DNA of 64,000 nucleotides from an uncultured bacterium (lineage in GTDB: Bacteria > Planctomycetota > UBA1135 > GCA-002686595), in NCBI GenBank assembly GCA_943787795.1, contig CALSNU010000005.1:96001-160000 (forward strand). Direction: 5' to 3'. The notes under the pieces were generated by a model. It ran no database searches, had not been told where the DNA came from, and saw only the letters and a list, made by a program, of their open reading frames with translations. Position 1 is the stretch's first letter; the number at the start of each line of letters is the position of its first letter. A program made the position numbers and the translations under genes. Positions 28,854-38,503 of this stretch are shown one piece after another.

Positions 28854-29678
28854 ATGGCATCGACGTGGACGATTTCGCGCCGCCAAGGGCGCTGCGCGGA
28901 GACCGAGCGTGAATTCGAGGAGGGGGAGCGACACGTTTCGCTCCTCACCGTCGTCGAGGGCGCGCTCGAGCGCGCGGACCTCTCGGTGGGGGCGTGGCAG
29001 TCCTTCCAGGAGAGGATCGACTCCGGCGAGGCGGAGCCGCCCCTGTTCCACTGGTTCACACGGCACCTCGTGACGCGGAAGAAGACGGTCCAGCTGGACC
29101 TCGAATCCCTCGACCGGCTCTTCCTCGAGCTCGAGGGGCGCGAGGAACTGCAGGTGCGCGAGCTCCGCTACGTGCTCTGCCTGCTGCTGATGCGCAAGCG
29201 CAGGGTGAAGGTGGAGAAGGTCCTACGAGAGGGTGACGAGGAGGCGTTCATCGTCAAGCGCCCCCGGGACGACCGCCGCTTCAAGGTCTTCGTCTACGAC
29301 TTCGAGGCGGACCGCCTCGATGAGGTTCGCGCCCAGCTGCAGGCCGTGTTCGATGGCGCCGAGGGGCCCCACGGCATCCGACTGGGCCTGGAAGACGACG
29401 ATATGGAGGGGGATGCGGCCGAGGCGCCGGACGCCGGAGCCTCCACCTCCGAGGGGTCCAGCCCCGCAGCAGCATCCAAGCCCGCGGCAGAATCCCAGCC
29501 CACGGCAGAATCCCAGCCCACGGCAGAATCCGCTCCCCAAGAGGGTCCCGGAGCTGAGCCGGCTGAGTCCGTCGAGCTGGCTGAGCCCGTCGAGTCGGCT
29601 GAGCCCGTCGAGTCGGCTGAGCCCGCCGAGTCGGCTGAGGCGGTCAAGTCCGGGGTCGAAGCCCCGGCTGAAGCCTAG
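28854..29678 (+). CDS. Hypothetical protein with repetitive acidic C-terminal tail
   Basis: Ordered N-terminal ~175 aa (LRYVLCLLLMRKRRVK) followed by AESQPT and AEPVES repeats. Confidence 0.7.
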   Translation: MASTWTISRRQGRCAETEREFEEGERHVSLLTVVEGALERADLSVGAWQSFQERIDSGEAEPPLFHWFTRHLVTRKKTVQLDLESLDRLFLELEGREELQVRELRYVLCLLLMRKRRVKVEKVLREGDEEAFIVKRPRDDRRFKVFVYDFEADRLDEVRAQLQAVFDGAEGPHGIRLGLEDDDMEGDAAEAPDAGASTSEGSSPAAASKPAAESQPTAESQPTAESAPQEGPGAEPAESVELAEPVESAEPVESAEPAESAEAVKSGVEAPAEA

Positions 29679-29788
29679 GCCAGCGCCCTGGCGGACGGCC
29701 AGGCGGGCGGCTCGACGCCATACGATCGGGGCCTTCCCCGGCTCGGGCTCCTGGTCGTGGCGGCCCGGTCGGTGCAAGGCGCCCGGCG

Positions 29789-29905
29789 GGCTGATGGACC
29801 CGGCTGATGGACCCGGCTGACGGGGCCGGCTGACGGGGCCGGCTGACGGGGCCGACTGAAGGGGCCGGCTGAAGGAGTCGGCTGAAGGAGTCGGCTGATG
29901 GGGCC
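29789..29905. repeat. 13-bp tandem repeat x9 (GGCTGAHGGRSYC-like)
   Basis: Nine consecutive units; neighbouring copies are the most similar. Confidence 0.85.
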
Positions 29906-30184
29906 GATGGCTGGAGCTGGACTCGCCTGCTGGGTGATGTCGCTCAGTCGCCCCTCGAGTGGCTCTCGCCAGGGCTCCGCGTCCGTGCCCATCGTTTGCT
30001 GAGCCTCGCTGGGGGAGCCCTGCGCGCCAGATCCTGCGCGCCAGATCGCGCGCGCCAGAGCTGCGCGCCGGTGCGGTGATGCCATCCCCAGGACGGGGCC
30101 CTGAGCCCACCAGGGGAGGCGGAGCCCTGCCACGCCTTGGTCAGGGGCCGTACCGGGACCGGGGGCCGAGGCAGGGAGAGGGCT

Positions 30185-30259
30185 GGCCCGGCGCGGGGAG
30201 GCCCGGCGCGGGGAGGCCCGGCGCGGGGAGGCCCGGCGCGGGGAGGTTCGGCGCGGGGA
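30185..30259. repeat. 15-bp tandem repeat x5 (GGCCCGGCGCGGGGA)
   Basis: Four identical units and one variant. Confidence 0.9.
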
Positions 30260-30580
30260 GCCCCGGGAGTGGGGCGATCCGATGGCGCGACCTTCGGGAC
30301 TGCCGAGGCGCCGAGGGGGCGTTCGATCGCGCGGTGGCATGGAGTGGCATGGGGGAGATCCACCGGCCGCGGGGGACGCGGGGCGCGACATGCGACCGCG
30401 CCAGTTGTGGTGGCCCGCCGCCGAGGGGCACTACATCTAGCGTTGGTAGGGCTCGCCGGACATTAAGGACACATCATCTTGTGCCTCGCGGCTGATTGTG
30501 CGCTTGCGGCCTAAGTGTTTGTCAGGGCTTGGCTTAGAAACCCATCGACTTTGCTGGAGGGGTGCCTTGTGTAGATCGAG

Positions 30581-30648
30581 GTGGCACTGCAAGCTACCCG
30601 GGTGGCACAGGAATGGCATAGAAAGGCAGCAACTGGCAGTGGAGGTCA
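30581..30648 (+). promoter_or_regulatory. Putative MraZ-binding direct repeats (TGGCA, ~10-bp period)
   Basis: TGGCA at 30582, 30603, 30614 and 30634, AGGCA at 30624, directly upstream of mraZ. Confidence 0.65.
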
Positions 30649-30652
30649 TCCG

Positions 30653-31129
30653 ATGACCCCCGCCCGCCGAAGGCGCTTCCTTGGGCCGTCCGAGCACACG
30701 GTCGACAAGAAGGGCCGCATGTCCTTCGCGAAGCGTTTCCAGGACGCTCTCGACCGCGACGAGGAGAACCGCCCCTACGGCGTGATGTGCCTCGAGCCCT
30801 CCCACGGCCGCTGCATCTGGGTCTTCAACGATGAGGGCTTCGATCAGGAGATGGAGGGGTTCGGCACCGGCGCCTTCGCCTCGGAGGGCGCGGCCGACCT
30901 CGACAGCCAGCGGGACTTCTTCGAGTTCGTCGCGGAGTTCACGCTCGACACCTCCGGCCGCCTCGTGCTGCCGGCGCGCTTCAGGGAGATCGCCGGGATC
31001 GGCGACGAGGTCGTCGCGGTCGGCATGCGCAGCCGCGCCGAGATCTGGTCCAGGGACCGCTGGGGCGATCGCCACCGCGGCGCCAAGTCACCGCTCCACC
31101 ACGCCGGCGACCCGGAGGTCCAGGCGTGA
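30653..31129 (+). CDS. mraZ: Transcriptional regulator MraZ
   Basis: FLGPSEHTVDKKGRM, LDTSGRLVLP, EIWS; first gene of the dcw cluster. Confidence 0.92.
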   Translation: MTPARRRRFLGPSEHTVDKKGRMSFAKRFQDALDRDEENRPYGVMCLEPSHGRCIWVFNDEGFDQEMEGFGTGAFASEGAADLDSQRDFFEFVAEFTLDTSGRLVLPARFREIAGIGDEVVAVGMRSRAEIWSRDRWGDRHRGAKSPLHHAGDPEVQA

Positions 31130-32169
31130 GCTCCATCCAATCCTCCGCGAGCGGGCCCGTCCCCCCGCTCCGCAGTCTCCAGCTGAATGTGCGCTCTGCG
31201 ATGACGGACCCCACAAGTGACGGACACGTGCACATCCCCGTGCTGGCCCAGGAAGTCATGCGTCTGCTGGGGGGTAGACGCGATAACGACTCCCTTTGTG
31301 GCCTGCTGGTGGATGCGACGCTGGGTGCCGGGGGGCACTCAGCACTCCTGCTCGAGCGCTTCCCGCGCCTATGCCTCCTAGGGGTGGACCAGGATCCCGA
31401 GATCCTGTCCATCGCGCGGGAGCGTCTCGAGCCCTTTCAAGGCCGCGTGCGCACCGAGCACGCCCGGATGTCCGAGCTGGACGGCCTCCTCGCGGAGGTG
31501 GACCAGCCCGTGGTCGGGGTCCTGATGGACCTCGGCGCGAGCTCCCTGCAGCTGGACCGGCCCGAGCGCGGCTTCTCCTTCTCCTGGGACGGGCCCCTGG
31601 ACATGCGCATGGACCCGCGGCGCGAGCGCGACGCGGCGACCATCGTGAACCAGTGGGACGAGGGCGACCTCGCGGACCTGTTCTTCCACGAGGGGGGAGA
31701 GCGCGGAGCCCGCAAGGTCGCGCGCGCCATCGTCGAGGCACGCCGGCGGGTGCCGTTCAAGCGGACCCGCGCCCTCAGCGAGCTGGTCGCCATCAGCCTC
31801 GGGCGGCCGATCCGGTCCCAGAGCGCTTCCCAACGCCCTCAGAGGCCTGGGAAGGCGCCCATTCACCCCGCCACGAGGGTCTTTCAGGCCCTCCGGAGGG
31901 CGGTGAACGAGGAGGCGGAGGAGCTTGAGGCCGGTCTCGAGGCGGCTCGGACGCACCTCGCGCCGGGGGGGCGACTCCTCGCGATCTCTTTCCACAGCGG
32001 GGAGGACGGCGTCGTGAAGCGCTTCCTGGCTGCCGGAGCGAGGGAGGGGGACTGGGACCTGGTCACCCGCCGGCCCGTCGAGGCCGCCCCAGAAGAGATT
32101 CGGTCCAACCCACGTTCCCGATCCGCCAAGCTGCGGGTCGGCGAGCGCCCTTCCCAGCGCGAAGACTGA
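31126..32169 (+). CDS. rsmH: 16S rRNA C1402 N4-methyltransferase RsmH (MraW)
   Basis: HIPVL, DATLGAGGHS, DLGASSLQLD, LDMRMD, NPRSRSAKLR; start 31126 (GTG) or 31201. Confidence 0.95.
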   Translation: MSSIQSSASGPVPPLRSLQLNVRSAMTDPTSDGHVHIPVLAQEVMRLLGGRRDNDSLCGLLVDATLGAGGHSALLLERFPRLCLLGVDQDPEILSIARERLEPFQGRVRTEHARMSELDGLLAEVDQPVVGVLMDLGASSLQLDRPERGFSFSWDGPLDMRMDPRRERDAATIVNQWDEGDLADLFFHEGGERGARKVARAIVEARRRVPFKRTRALSELVAISLGRPIRSQSASQRPQRPGKAPIHPATRVFQALRRAVNEEAEELEAGLEAARTHLAPGGRLLAISFHSGEDGVVKRFLAAGAREGDWDLVTRRPVEAAPEEIRSNPRSRSAKLRVGERPSQRED

Positions 32170-32171
32170 GC

Positions 32172-32414
32172 ATGATTCGAGCCGCCCTCTCTGTGTTTCT
32201 CTGCGCCGCCGTCCTCGCCATCGGGGCCGCCACCGCCGGTGTCCAGGTTCAGAACTACGAGGACGCGGCCGAGCTCGACCGGCTGACCCAGGAGTCCGAA
32301 TGGAACCTGCGCCGCAGCAGCGGGCTGAGAGTCGAGCTGGAACGATTTGAATTCGACCTCGCCGCAGAACACACTCGTCGCTCTGGATCGCTCACCGCAC
32401 TGAGCCTCCGCTGA
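32172..32414 (+). CDS. FtsL-like small membrane protein
   Basis: 80 aa, N-terminal TM followed by a coiled-coil; lies between rsmH and ftsI. Confidence 0.55.
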   Translation: MIRAALSVFLCAAVLAIGAATAGVQVQNYEDAAELDRLTQESEWNLRRSSGLRVELERFEFDLAAEHTRRSGSLTALSLR

Positions 32415-32514
32415 TGTCGCCTGGCCCATCGCATCGCACGCGCTGGCCCAGGGGATTCCACCGCACCTGACACTAGGCCCAGTTCCCTGGAGGGGGAGCA
32501 AGCTGCACCAACTG

Positions 32515-35334
32515 ATGGGGGGGCGTTCCACACGTCGGCCCGCCGGGAACCCTTTCGTTCCCGCCACGGCCGTGTATCCCGAAGCGGCGTCGGGCCTCCG
32601 GCCCGCGGGCGTCTTCGTTCTCATCGGGATCGTCTTCGCGGCGGTGGTCGTGAGGGGCATCTACATCCAGGCGTTCGCCGAGGGTCGGCAGCCGGATGCT
32701 CGACGCCAGACGGCGGCGCCCGCGCCGTCGTTCTCGATCGTCGATCGGCAGGGCGTGCCGCTCGCGCTCTCGGTCGAGACCTTCGACGTCACGATCTCAC
32801 CGCGCTCCATGTGGCGGTCTCACACGCCGGAGCACATGGCGCGCAAGATCTCGGAGGCGCTGGCGCTCGACGGTCCGCAGTCCGGCACCGCTGGCGTCGG
32901 TGGCCCGCTGCCCGGTCTCGCGGGCCCGAGCGTCGCAGCGATCCTCGAACGATCCATGCCCCCGGGCTTCTCCGAGGGGCGGCTCCCTGGCCGGGTGACG
33001 CCTGCGGATCCGGTCCTCCTGCGCTTCTCCACCGAGGATGCGCAGGCCGTGCGCCGCTACCTCTCGACCGGCGGGATCGGTGAGCGGGTCGGGCGGGCGC
33101 CCGTCCGCGGGCTCGACCTGGTGCCCGTCGACGACTCCCCCGGACACTCCCCCGGACACTCCGCCGCGGCAGCCCACGGGTCGGCGGCCTGGACGCTGGC
33201 CATGGAGCCGACGGTGCTGCTCGGGCCCGACGTGCGGCGCGAGCAGTTCGGGGTGACCGAGACCGCCGACGGCCGGGAGATCACGGCCAGCCCTGATCGC
33301 TGGACGCGGCGGCTGCTCGACGATCTCGTGGCCCTCGTCGGCCCGCAGCGGATCCTCGACGCCGTCGACGCCGACCGGCGGGCCGCCCTCGAGAAGGCCA
33401 CGTCGATCGAGCGGCGCGAGCTGCTGCGCGCAGAGGTCTGGGCGGAGCTCTTCCCGACCCGCTTCCGCGTCCTGGTGCGCGGGGTCGACCCGGTGCGCGG
33501 GCATCGGCTCCAGACCATCCTGCGTGACGAAGGGGTCTCCCCGTGGCAGGTCCAGCTCGTCTCGCGGGTCGAACGCCGCCACCCCACTCGACCGGGCGGC
33601 CGGCCAGCCGCTCCCGACGCTGAGCTCGCCATGCGGCAGCCCGAGGACGCCTTCGGACTCCTTGGGCACTGGGGGGTCCTGGACGAGGGGCGCGCGGACT
33701 TCTGGGCTCGCAAGGATCGCGCCGAGCGGCCTCACCTCCTCCCCTGGGACGAGGCCCCGGACCCGTTCGTCGCCTATCGTGACTCGCTGGTGGTGGAGCG
33801 CATGCCCTGGAGCGGCGTCGAGCGCGTGGCGCGGACCGAGATCGAGGACGGCCCGTGGTCCGAACTGGTCGACGGGGTTCGCGGCCGCACCTACACCTAC
33901 CGCAGTCGCGTCCTGGCGAGGGACCGTCGGCGCGCCTGGGAGGGGGGCGTCCCCGAGTATTTCCTCAGCGCCACGGAGGCGACCGAGGTGCCGGCGGTGG
34001 TCTCGACCCTCGACGCCCACCTCCAGGAGGTCGTGCACGCAGAGCTCGGGGCGCTCATGGAGGAGCACCTCCCCGCCATGGCGATGGCCATCGTGGTGGA
34101 CATCGAGAGCGGCGACGTGCTCGCCCTCGACAGCCGCTGCGAGTACGCCTACTCGGGCTTCGCGCCCCTCCTTCACGTCTTCACGCCGGGCTCCACCTTC
34201 AAGGCCGTGATCATGGCGCTGGCCCTCGACGCGGGGACCACCCGGCCTGATCGGACCTACGCGACCTTCGCCGGTGAGGGGGGGCTGCGGCTCCCTGGTC
34301 GCCGGATCCGAGAGGCAGAGGGAGCCCCCGAGGCGGACCGGATCACGGCGGCGGAGGGGCTCGCGTTCTCCTGCAACGCGGTCCTCGTTCAGGTCGCCCA
34401 CGAGATGGAGGCGGCGACCATCCGCGAGCGGCTCGTCGCGCTCGGCTACGACGCCGCCCCCGGGGCGGGCCTCGGCCCGGAGCGTGCGGGGCGCCTGACG
34501 CCGCTCCGCAAGGGCACCTGGAGCCGGAACCAGACGCACGCCTCCGTTGCCTTCGGGCACGAGGTCGGGGTCACCCTCTGGCAGCACGCGGCGGCGCTGG
34601 CGACGATGCTGCGCGGCGGGGAGCGTCGACCGCTTCGGTTGCTGCGTGGGATCGAGCTTGGAGGAGAGGCCTGGGACCTTGACGTGCCGGCGGGGGAGCG
34701 AGTGCTGAGCGAGCGCGCCTGTCGAGAGGTCCGGGAGATGATGGCCCTCGGCGCGGAGATCGGTACCGGGCGGCATATCGCGAACGCCGAGGCCAACCCC
34801 GAGTTCGACTGGATTGGAACCAAGACGGGGACCACGCAGAAGGTCGGCACCGAGCTGTGCGCCCACCTCGAGATGGAGGCCCTCGCAGAGTTCGCGCTCG
34901 ATGGCCGCCGGTGGACCTCGGCCGACCGCAAGGCGCTGTTTCAGCGGGCCGTTGACGACCACAAGACGTGCTACACGTCGTCGATCTGCGCCGCGGGGCG
35001 CGTGGTCACCGCCGACGGCCCGCGAGAGGTCATGGTGCTGGTGGTGGCGGACGAGCCGAGGGGCGGGGAGAAGTTCGGCTCGCGCGTCACCGGCGGTACG
35101 GCCCTCGCGATCCTCCGGCAGGCGCTCGATCTACCGCGGACCCACGAGGCGCCCGCTGGGGACGAGGCGCCGCTTCGAGCCGCCTCGAGCGGGCCGAAGT
35201 TCTTCCGGCGGGCCGGCCAGGGAGCGGCCTCGAGGGCCGAGGCGTTCGACGCCTCCTGGCTGGGCGAGGATCTGCCCTGGGCCGCGTTGCCGGAGGACGA
35301 GCCGACGGGTTCATCCGGGGAGGGGAGCCGATGA
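32515..35334 (+). CDS. ftsI: Class B penicillin-binding protein (FtsI-like) with large insertions
   Basis: N-terminal TM, IVDRQG motif, SxxK (GSTFK), SxN (SCN), KTGT; 939 aa. Confidence 0.85.
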   Translation: MGGRSTRRPAGNPFVPATAVYPEAASGLRPAGVFVLIGIVFAAVVVRGIYIQAFAEGRQPDARRQTAAPAPSFSIVDRQGVPLALSVETFDVTISPRSMWRSHTPEHMARKISEALALDGPQSGTAGVGGPLPGLAGPSVAAILERSMPPGFSEGRLPGRVTPADPVLLRFSTEDAQAVRRYLSTGGIGERVGRAPVRGLDLVPVDDSPGHSPGHSAAAAHGSAAWTLAMEPTVLLGPDVRREQFGVTETADGREITASPDRWTRRLLDDLVALVGPQRILDAVDADRRAALEKATSIERRELLRAEVWAELFPTRFRVLVRGVDPVRGHRLQTILRDEGVSPWQVQLVSRVERRHPTRPGGRPAAPDAELAMRQPEDAFGLLGHWGVLDEGRADFWARKDRAERPHLLPWDEAPDPFVAYRDSLVVERMPWSGVERVARTEIEDGPWSELVDGVRGRTYTYRSRVLARDRRRAWEGGVPEYFLSATEATEVPAVVSTLDAHLQEVVHAELGALMEEHLPAMAMAIVVDIESGDVLALDSRCEYAYSGFAPLLHVFTPGSTFKAVIMALALDAGTTRPDRTYATFAGEGGLRLPGRRIREAEGAPEADRITAAEGLAFSCNAVLVQVAHEMEAATIRERLVALGYDAAPGAGLGPERAGRLTPLRKGTWSRNQTHASVAFGHEVGVTLWQHAAALATMLRGGERRPLRLLRGIELGGEAWDLDVPAGERVLSERACREVREMMALGAEIGTGRHIANAEANPEFDWIGTKTGTTQKVGTELCAHLEMEALAEFALDGRRWTSADRKALFQRAVDDHKTCYTSSICAAGRVVTADGPREVMVLVVADEPRGGEKFGSRVTGGTALAILRQALDLPRTHEAPAGDEAPLRAASSGPKFFRRAGQGAASRAEAFDASWLGEDLPWAALPEDEPTGSSGEGSR

Positions 35335-36974
35335 GGCCGCGGTTCATCGACGAGCCGAGCCGCCCCGGTGGTGGAGCGCCGTCCTTCACCGCGCTGCTGT
35401 CCCGCTTCGGCGGCGTGGCGCTGGATGCGCGGTCGGGGGAGACCCTGTTGCCGGGCGATCTCCGCCTCGAGCAGACGCCCCGGGACGTCCACCAGGACTC
35501 CCGGCGGGTGGGGCCCGGTGACATCTTCGCGGGGCTGCCCGGGAGCCGCGTGAACGGGGCCCGCTTCGTCCCCGACGTCCTGGGACGCGGGGCGCTCGCT
35601 GCGCTCGTGCCGGAAGACGCCCAGCTCGACGACCTCGCCGACGTCCGGGTTCCCAGCGGGGGCGGCATCCTCTGGCGTCATCCGCAGGCGACAGAGCTGG
35701 TCGGTGCCCTCTCGACCCGGGTCCACGGACGCCCGGACGTGACCCTGGATCTCGTGGGGATCACCGGCACCAACGGCAAGACCTCGGTCGCGCACCTCGC
35801 CGGCGAGGTGCTCACGCGCGCAGGACGCCGGCCGGCGGTGCTCGGCACGGCGGGTCATCGCATCGCGGGTCCCGAGGGCACGGTCGAGCTGCCCGCCAGC
35901 CATACGACGCCAGAGGTCACCGAGCTGGTGCGCCTCCTCGCCCGTCACCAGAGCGCCGGCGGTGACAGCTGCCTCATGGAGGTGAGCTCTCACGCGCTGG
36001 TGCAGGGGCGGGTTCACGGGTTGGAGCTGAAGGTCGGCGCGTTCACCAACCTCACCCGGGAGCACCTCGACTACCACGGCTCCATGGCGGACTACGGGCG
36101 CGCGAAGGCGCGCCTCTGGGATCACGTCCGCTCCGGAGGGACGGCGGTGATCGCCGGGGACGGCGACGGCGCCCGTCGCATGCTCACGGCGGCGGCGGCC
36201 CGCGGACTGAAGACCCTCGAGGTCGCCATCGAGCGAGACGCGGACATCGTGGCGCGGGACCTCGAGCGCTTCGCCGGGGGGACCAGGTGCACCGTGCACG
36301 GGCTCCTTCCCGAGCCGGCGCGGATCACGCTGCCGTTGCCCGGTGAGCACAACGTCCAGAACGCCCTCGTGGCGGCGGGCATCGCCTCGTCGCTGGGCTG
36401 CGCGCCGTCGGCGATTGTCGCGGCGCTCTCACAGGTGACCGCGCCCCCCGGTCGGCTCGAGCCGGTGCGGCTCCCGTCGGGGCTCCGCGGCGCCCCCTTC
36501 GAGGTCTTCGTGGACTTCGCCCACAGCCCGGACGCCCTCGAGCGGGTCCTCGCGTCCCTGCGGGCGCGGATGGATGGAGACTCGAGCGGGACGGGACGCC
36601 TCCTCTGCGTGTTCGGGTGCGGTGGCGATCGAGATCAGGGCAAGCGCCACCCCATGGGGCGCGCTGCAGGGCGTCTGGCGGACGTGGTGTTCGTGACGAG
36701 TGACAACCCGCGCTCCGAGGACCCCGCCCGCATCGCGCGGGCGGTGGCCGAGGGCGTCGAGGCCGAGCGCGGCGCGGCGCCCGAGGTGGAGCTTGATCGG
36801 CGCCGGGCCATCACCGCTGCCCTCTCCATGGCGGGCGCGGGTGACGTGGTCCTCATCGCGGGGAAGGGGCACGAGACGACCCAGACGGTCGGCGATGAGG
36901 CCGTGCCCTTCGACGACCGGACCGTCGCCGCAGAGATCCTCGATGAGCTCGCTCGGCGGAGGTGCGCCTCGTGA
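35331..36974 (+). CDS. murE: UDP-MurNAc-dipeptide--meso-DAP ligase
   Basis: TGTNGKTS, MEVSSH, FTNLTREHLDYH, DFAHSPD, DNPR (DAP-type), AGKGHE; ATGA overlap with ftsI. Confidence 0.95.
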   Translation: MRPRFIDEPSRPGGGAPSFTALLSRFGGVALDARSGETLLPGDLRLEQTPRDVHQDSRRVGPGDIFAGLPGSRVNGARFVPDVLGRGALAALVPEDAQLDDLADVRVPSGGGILWRHPQATELVGALSTRVHGRPDVTLDLVGITGTNGKTSVAHLAGEVLTRAGRRPAVLGTAGHRIAGPEGTVELPASHTTPEVTELVRLLARHQSAGGDSCLMEVSSHALVQGRVHGLELKVGAFTNLTREHLDYHGSMADYGRAKARLWDHVRSGGTAVIAGDGDGARRMLTAAAARGLKTLEVAIERDADIVARDLERFAGGTRCTVHGLLPEPARITLPLPGEHNVQNALVAAGIASSLGCAPSAIVAALSQVTAPPGRLEPVRLPSGLRGAPFEVFVDFAHSPDALERVLASLRARMDGDSSGTGRLLCVFGCGGDRDQGKRHPMGRAAGRLADVVFVTSDNPRSEDPARIARAVAEGVEAERGAAPEVELDRRRAITAALSMAGAGDVVLIAGKGHETTQTVGDEAVPFDDRTVAAEILDELARRRCAS

Positions 36975-38503
36975 TCCCCGTCCGCCTGAAGGAGCTCCAC
37001 GCAGCGAGCGGGGTGCTCTGGTCCGCCGGAGCAGCCGGAGCAGCCGGTGCCGCGGGCGCCGGTGGACGCCTCATCAGCGGGGTCACGACGGACTCCCGCG
37101 GTGACGTGGGCGGCAAGCTCTTCCTCGGGATCCCCGGGCCGCGCTTCGATGGCGCTCGCTTCGCGGCGGATGCCGTGAGCCGTGGCGCCGCTGCCGTTCT
37201 GGTGGAGGACGGTCCGGGCGTTCGAGCCTCCCTCGCGGAGCTCGCTGCGGGGACCGGGGTCTCCGTCGCCACCTGCGCCGACGCGGTGTCGGCGCTTGGC
37301 GCCATGGCCGCCGCGGTGCGGGCCCGCGCCTCGGCCAAGGTGATCGGGATCACGGGGTCATGCGGGAAGACCTCGACGAAGGAGATCCTGGCCACGCTGC
37401 TGGGCGCGACCGCGGAGACCTGCGCGAGCAGGGCGTCCTTCAACAACCACATCGGCGTGCCGCTCACCCTCCTCGAGGTCACGCCGAGCGCCGAGGCGCT
37501 CATCGTCGAGATCGGGACCAATCACCCCGGTGAGATCGGGCCCCTCGCGGCGCTCGCTCGTCCGGAGATCGCCATCGTCACCAACGTGGGCCACTCGCAC
37601 CTCGCCGGGCTGGGCAGCCTGGCCGGCGTCGCGGAGGAGAAGGGCGCGCTGGTGGCGTCCCTCACCGACGGAGGCGTGGCGATCTTGAACGCGGACTGCC
37701 CGAGCACCCCGGCCCTCCAGTCGCGGGCGGCGGCGGGGGTCCGAGTGGTGACCTTCTCCGCCGCAGGTACGCCGGGGGCGGACCTGCGCGCTCTGGACCT
37801 CGAGGTCCACCCTGGGGGCACCCGCTTCGTCCTCGAGGGGAACGCGGTCCCGGGTGGGGAGCGGGGGCGCACGGTCACCGTTCCGCTGCTGGGCGAGCAT
37901 GCTGTGGCGAACGTCCTGGCCGCGCTCGCCGCGGTCATCGCCGCCGGGGCGGACCTTGGAGGCAGCCTCGGAGCGATCGATCAACTGAGGCCCGCGCCGC
38001 ACCGGCTCGAGCCGAGCACGGCGAACGGGGTGATGATCATCGACGACGCCTACAACGCGAACCCCGAGTCCGTCGCGGCGGCGACCCGGCTCCTCGCGAG
38101 GGTCCGCCCCGCCGCGGCCGAAGGCCGCCGCTGGTTGGCCCTCGGCGAGATGGGAGAGCTCGGCGCTGATTCGCTGTCGCTCCATCGAGAGGCGGGCGAG
38201 CTCGTGGCGCGCGAGGCCATCGATCGTCTCCTCGTGGTGGGGGAGGCCGCGCCCGGCGGGCCCCTGGCCGCCGCCCTCGAGGGCGCCCGCGCCGCGGGCG
38301 TCGACGCGGAGCATGCGAGCTCCATCGAGGTCGGTGTCCGGCGCCTCACGGACCATGACGACGGGCTCTTGCCGGGCGACGTGTTGCTGGTCAAGGCCAG
38401 CCGCGCCGCCGGGCTCGAGGCCCTTGCCCTCCAGGTCCGCGCGTCCCTCGACGCGGGGCCCCGCTCCACCGTCGACGGGCGCAGCGTGGAGGTCCTGACT
38501 TGA
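36971..38503 (+). CDS. murF: UDP-MurNAc-tripeptide--D-Ala-D-Ala ligase
   Basis: TGSCGKTSTKE, FNNHIGVP, EIGTNHPGEI, DAYNANP, KASR. Confidence 0.95.
   Translation: MIPVRLKELHAASGVLWSAGAAGAAGAAGAGGRLISGVTTDSRGDVGGKLFLGIPGPRFDGARFAADAVSRGAAAVLVEDGPGVRASLAELAAGTGVSVATCADAVSALGAMAAAVRARASAKVIGITGSCGKTSTKEILATLLGATAETCASRASFNNHIGVPLTLLEVTPSAEALIVEIGTNHPGEIGPLAALARPEIAIVTNVGHSHLAGLGSLAGVAEEKGALVASLTDGGVAILNADCPSTPALQSRAAAGVRVVTFSAAGTPGADLRALDLEVHPGGTRFVLEGNAVPGGERGRTVTVPLLGEHAVANVLAALAAVIAAGADLGGSLGAIDQLRPAPHRLEPSTANGVMIIDDAYNANPESVAAATRLLARVRPAAAEGRRWLALGEMGELGADSLSLHREAGELVAREAIDRLLVVGEAAPGGPLAAALEGARAAGVDAEHASSIEVGVRRLTDHDDGLLPGDVLLVKASRAAGLEALALQVRASLDAGPRSTVDGRSVEVLT

Noticed and set aside
19946..30259. 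Tandem arrays as possible CRISPR
   Set aside because: Units are head-to-tail with no unique spacers, and there are no cas genes.
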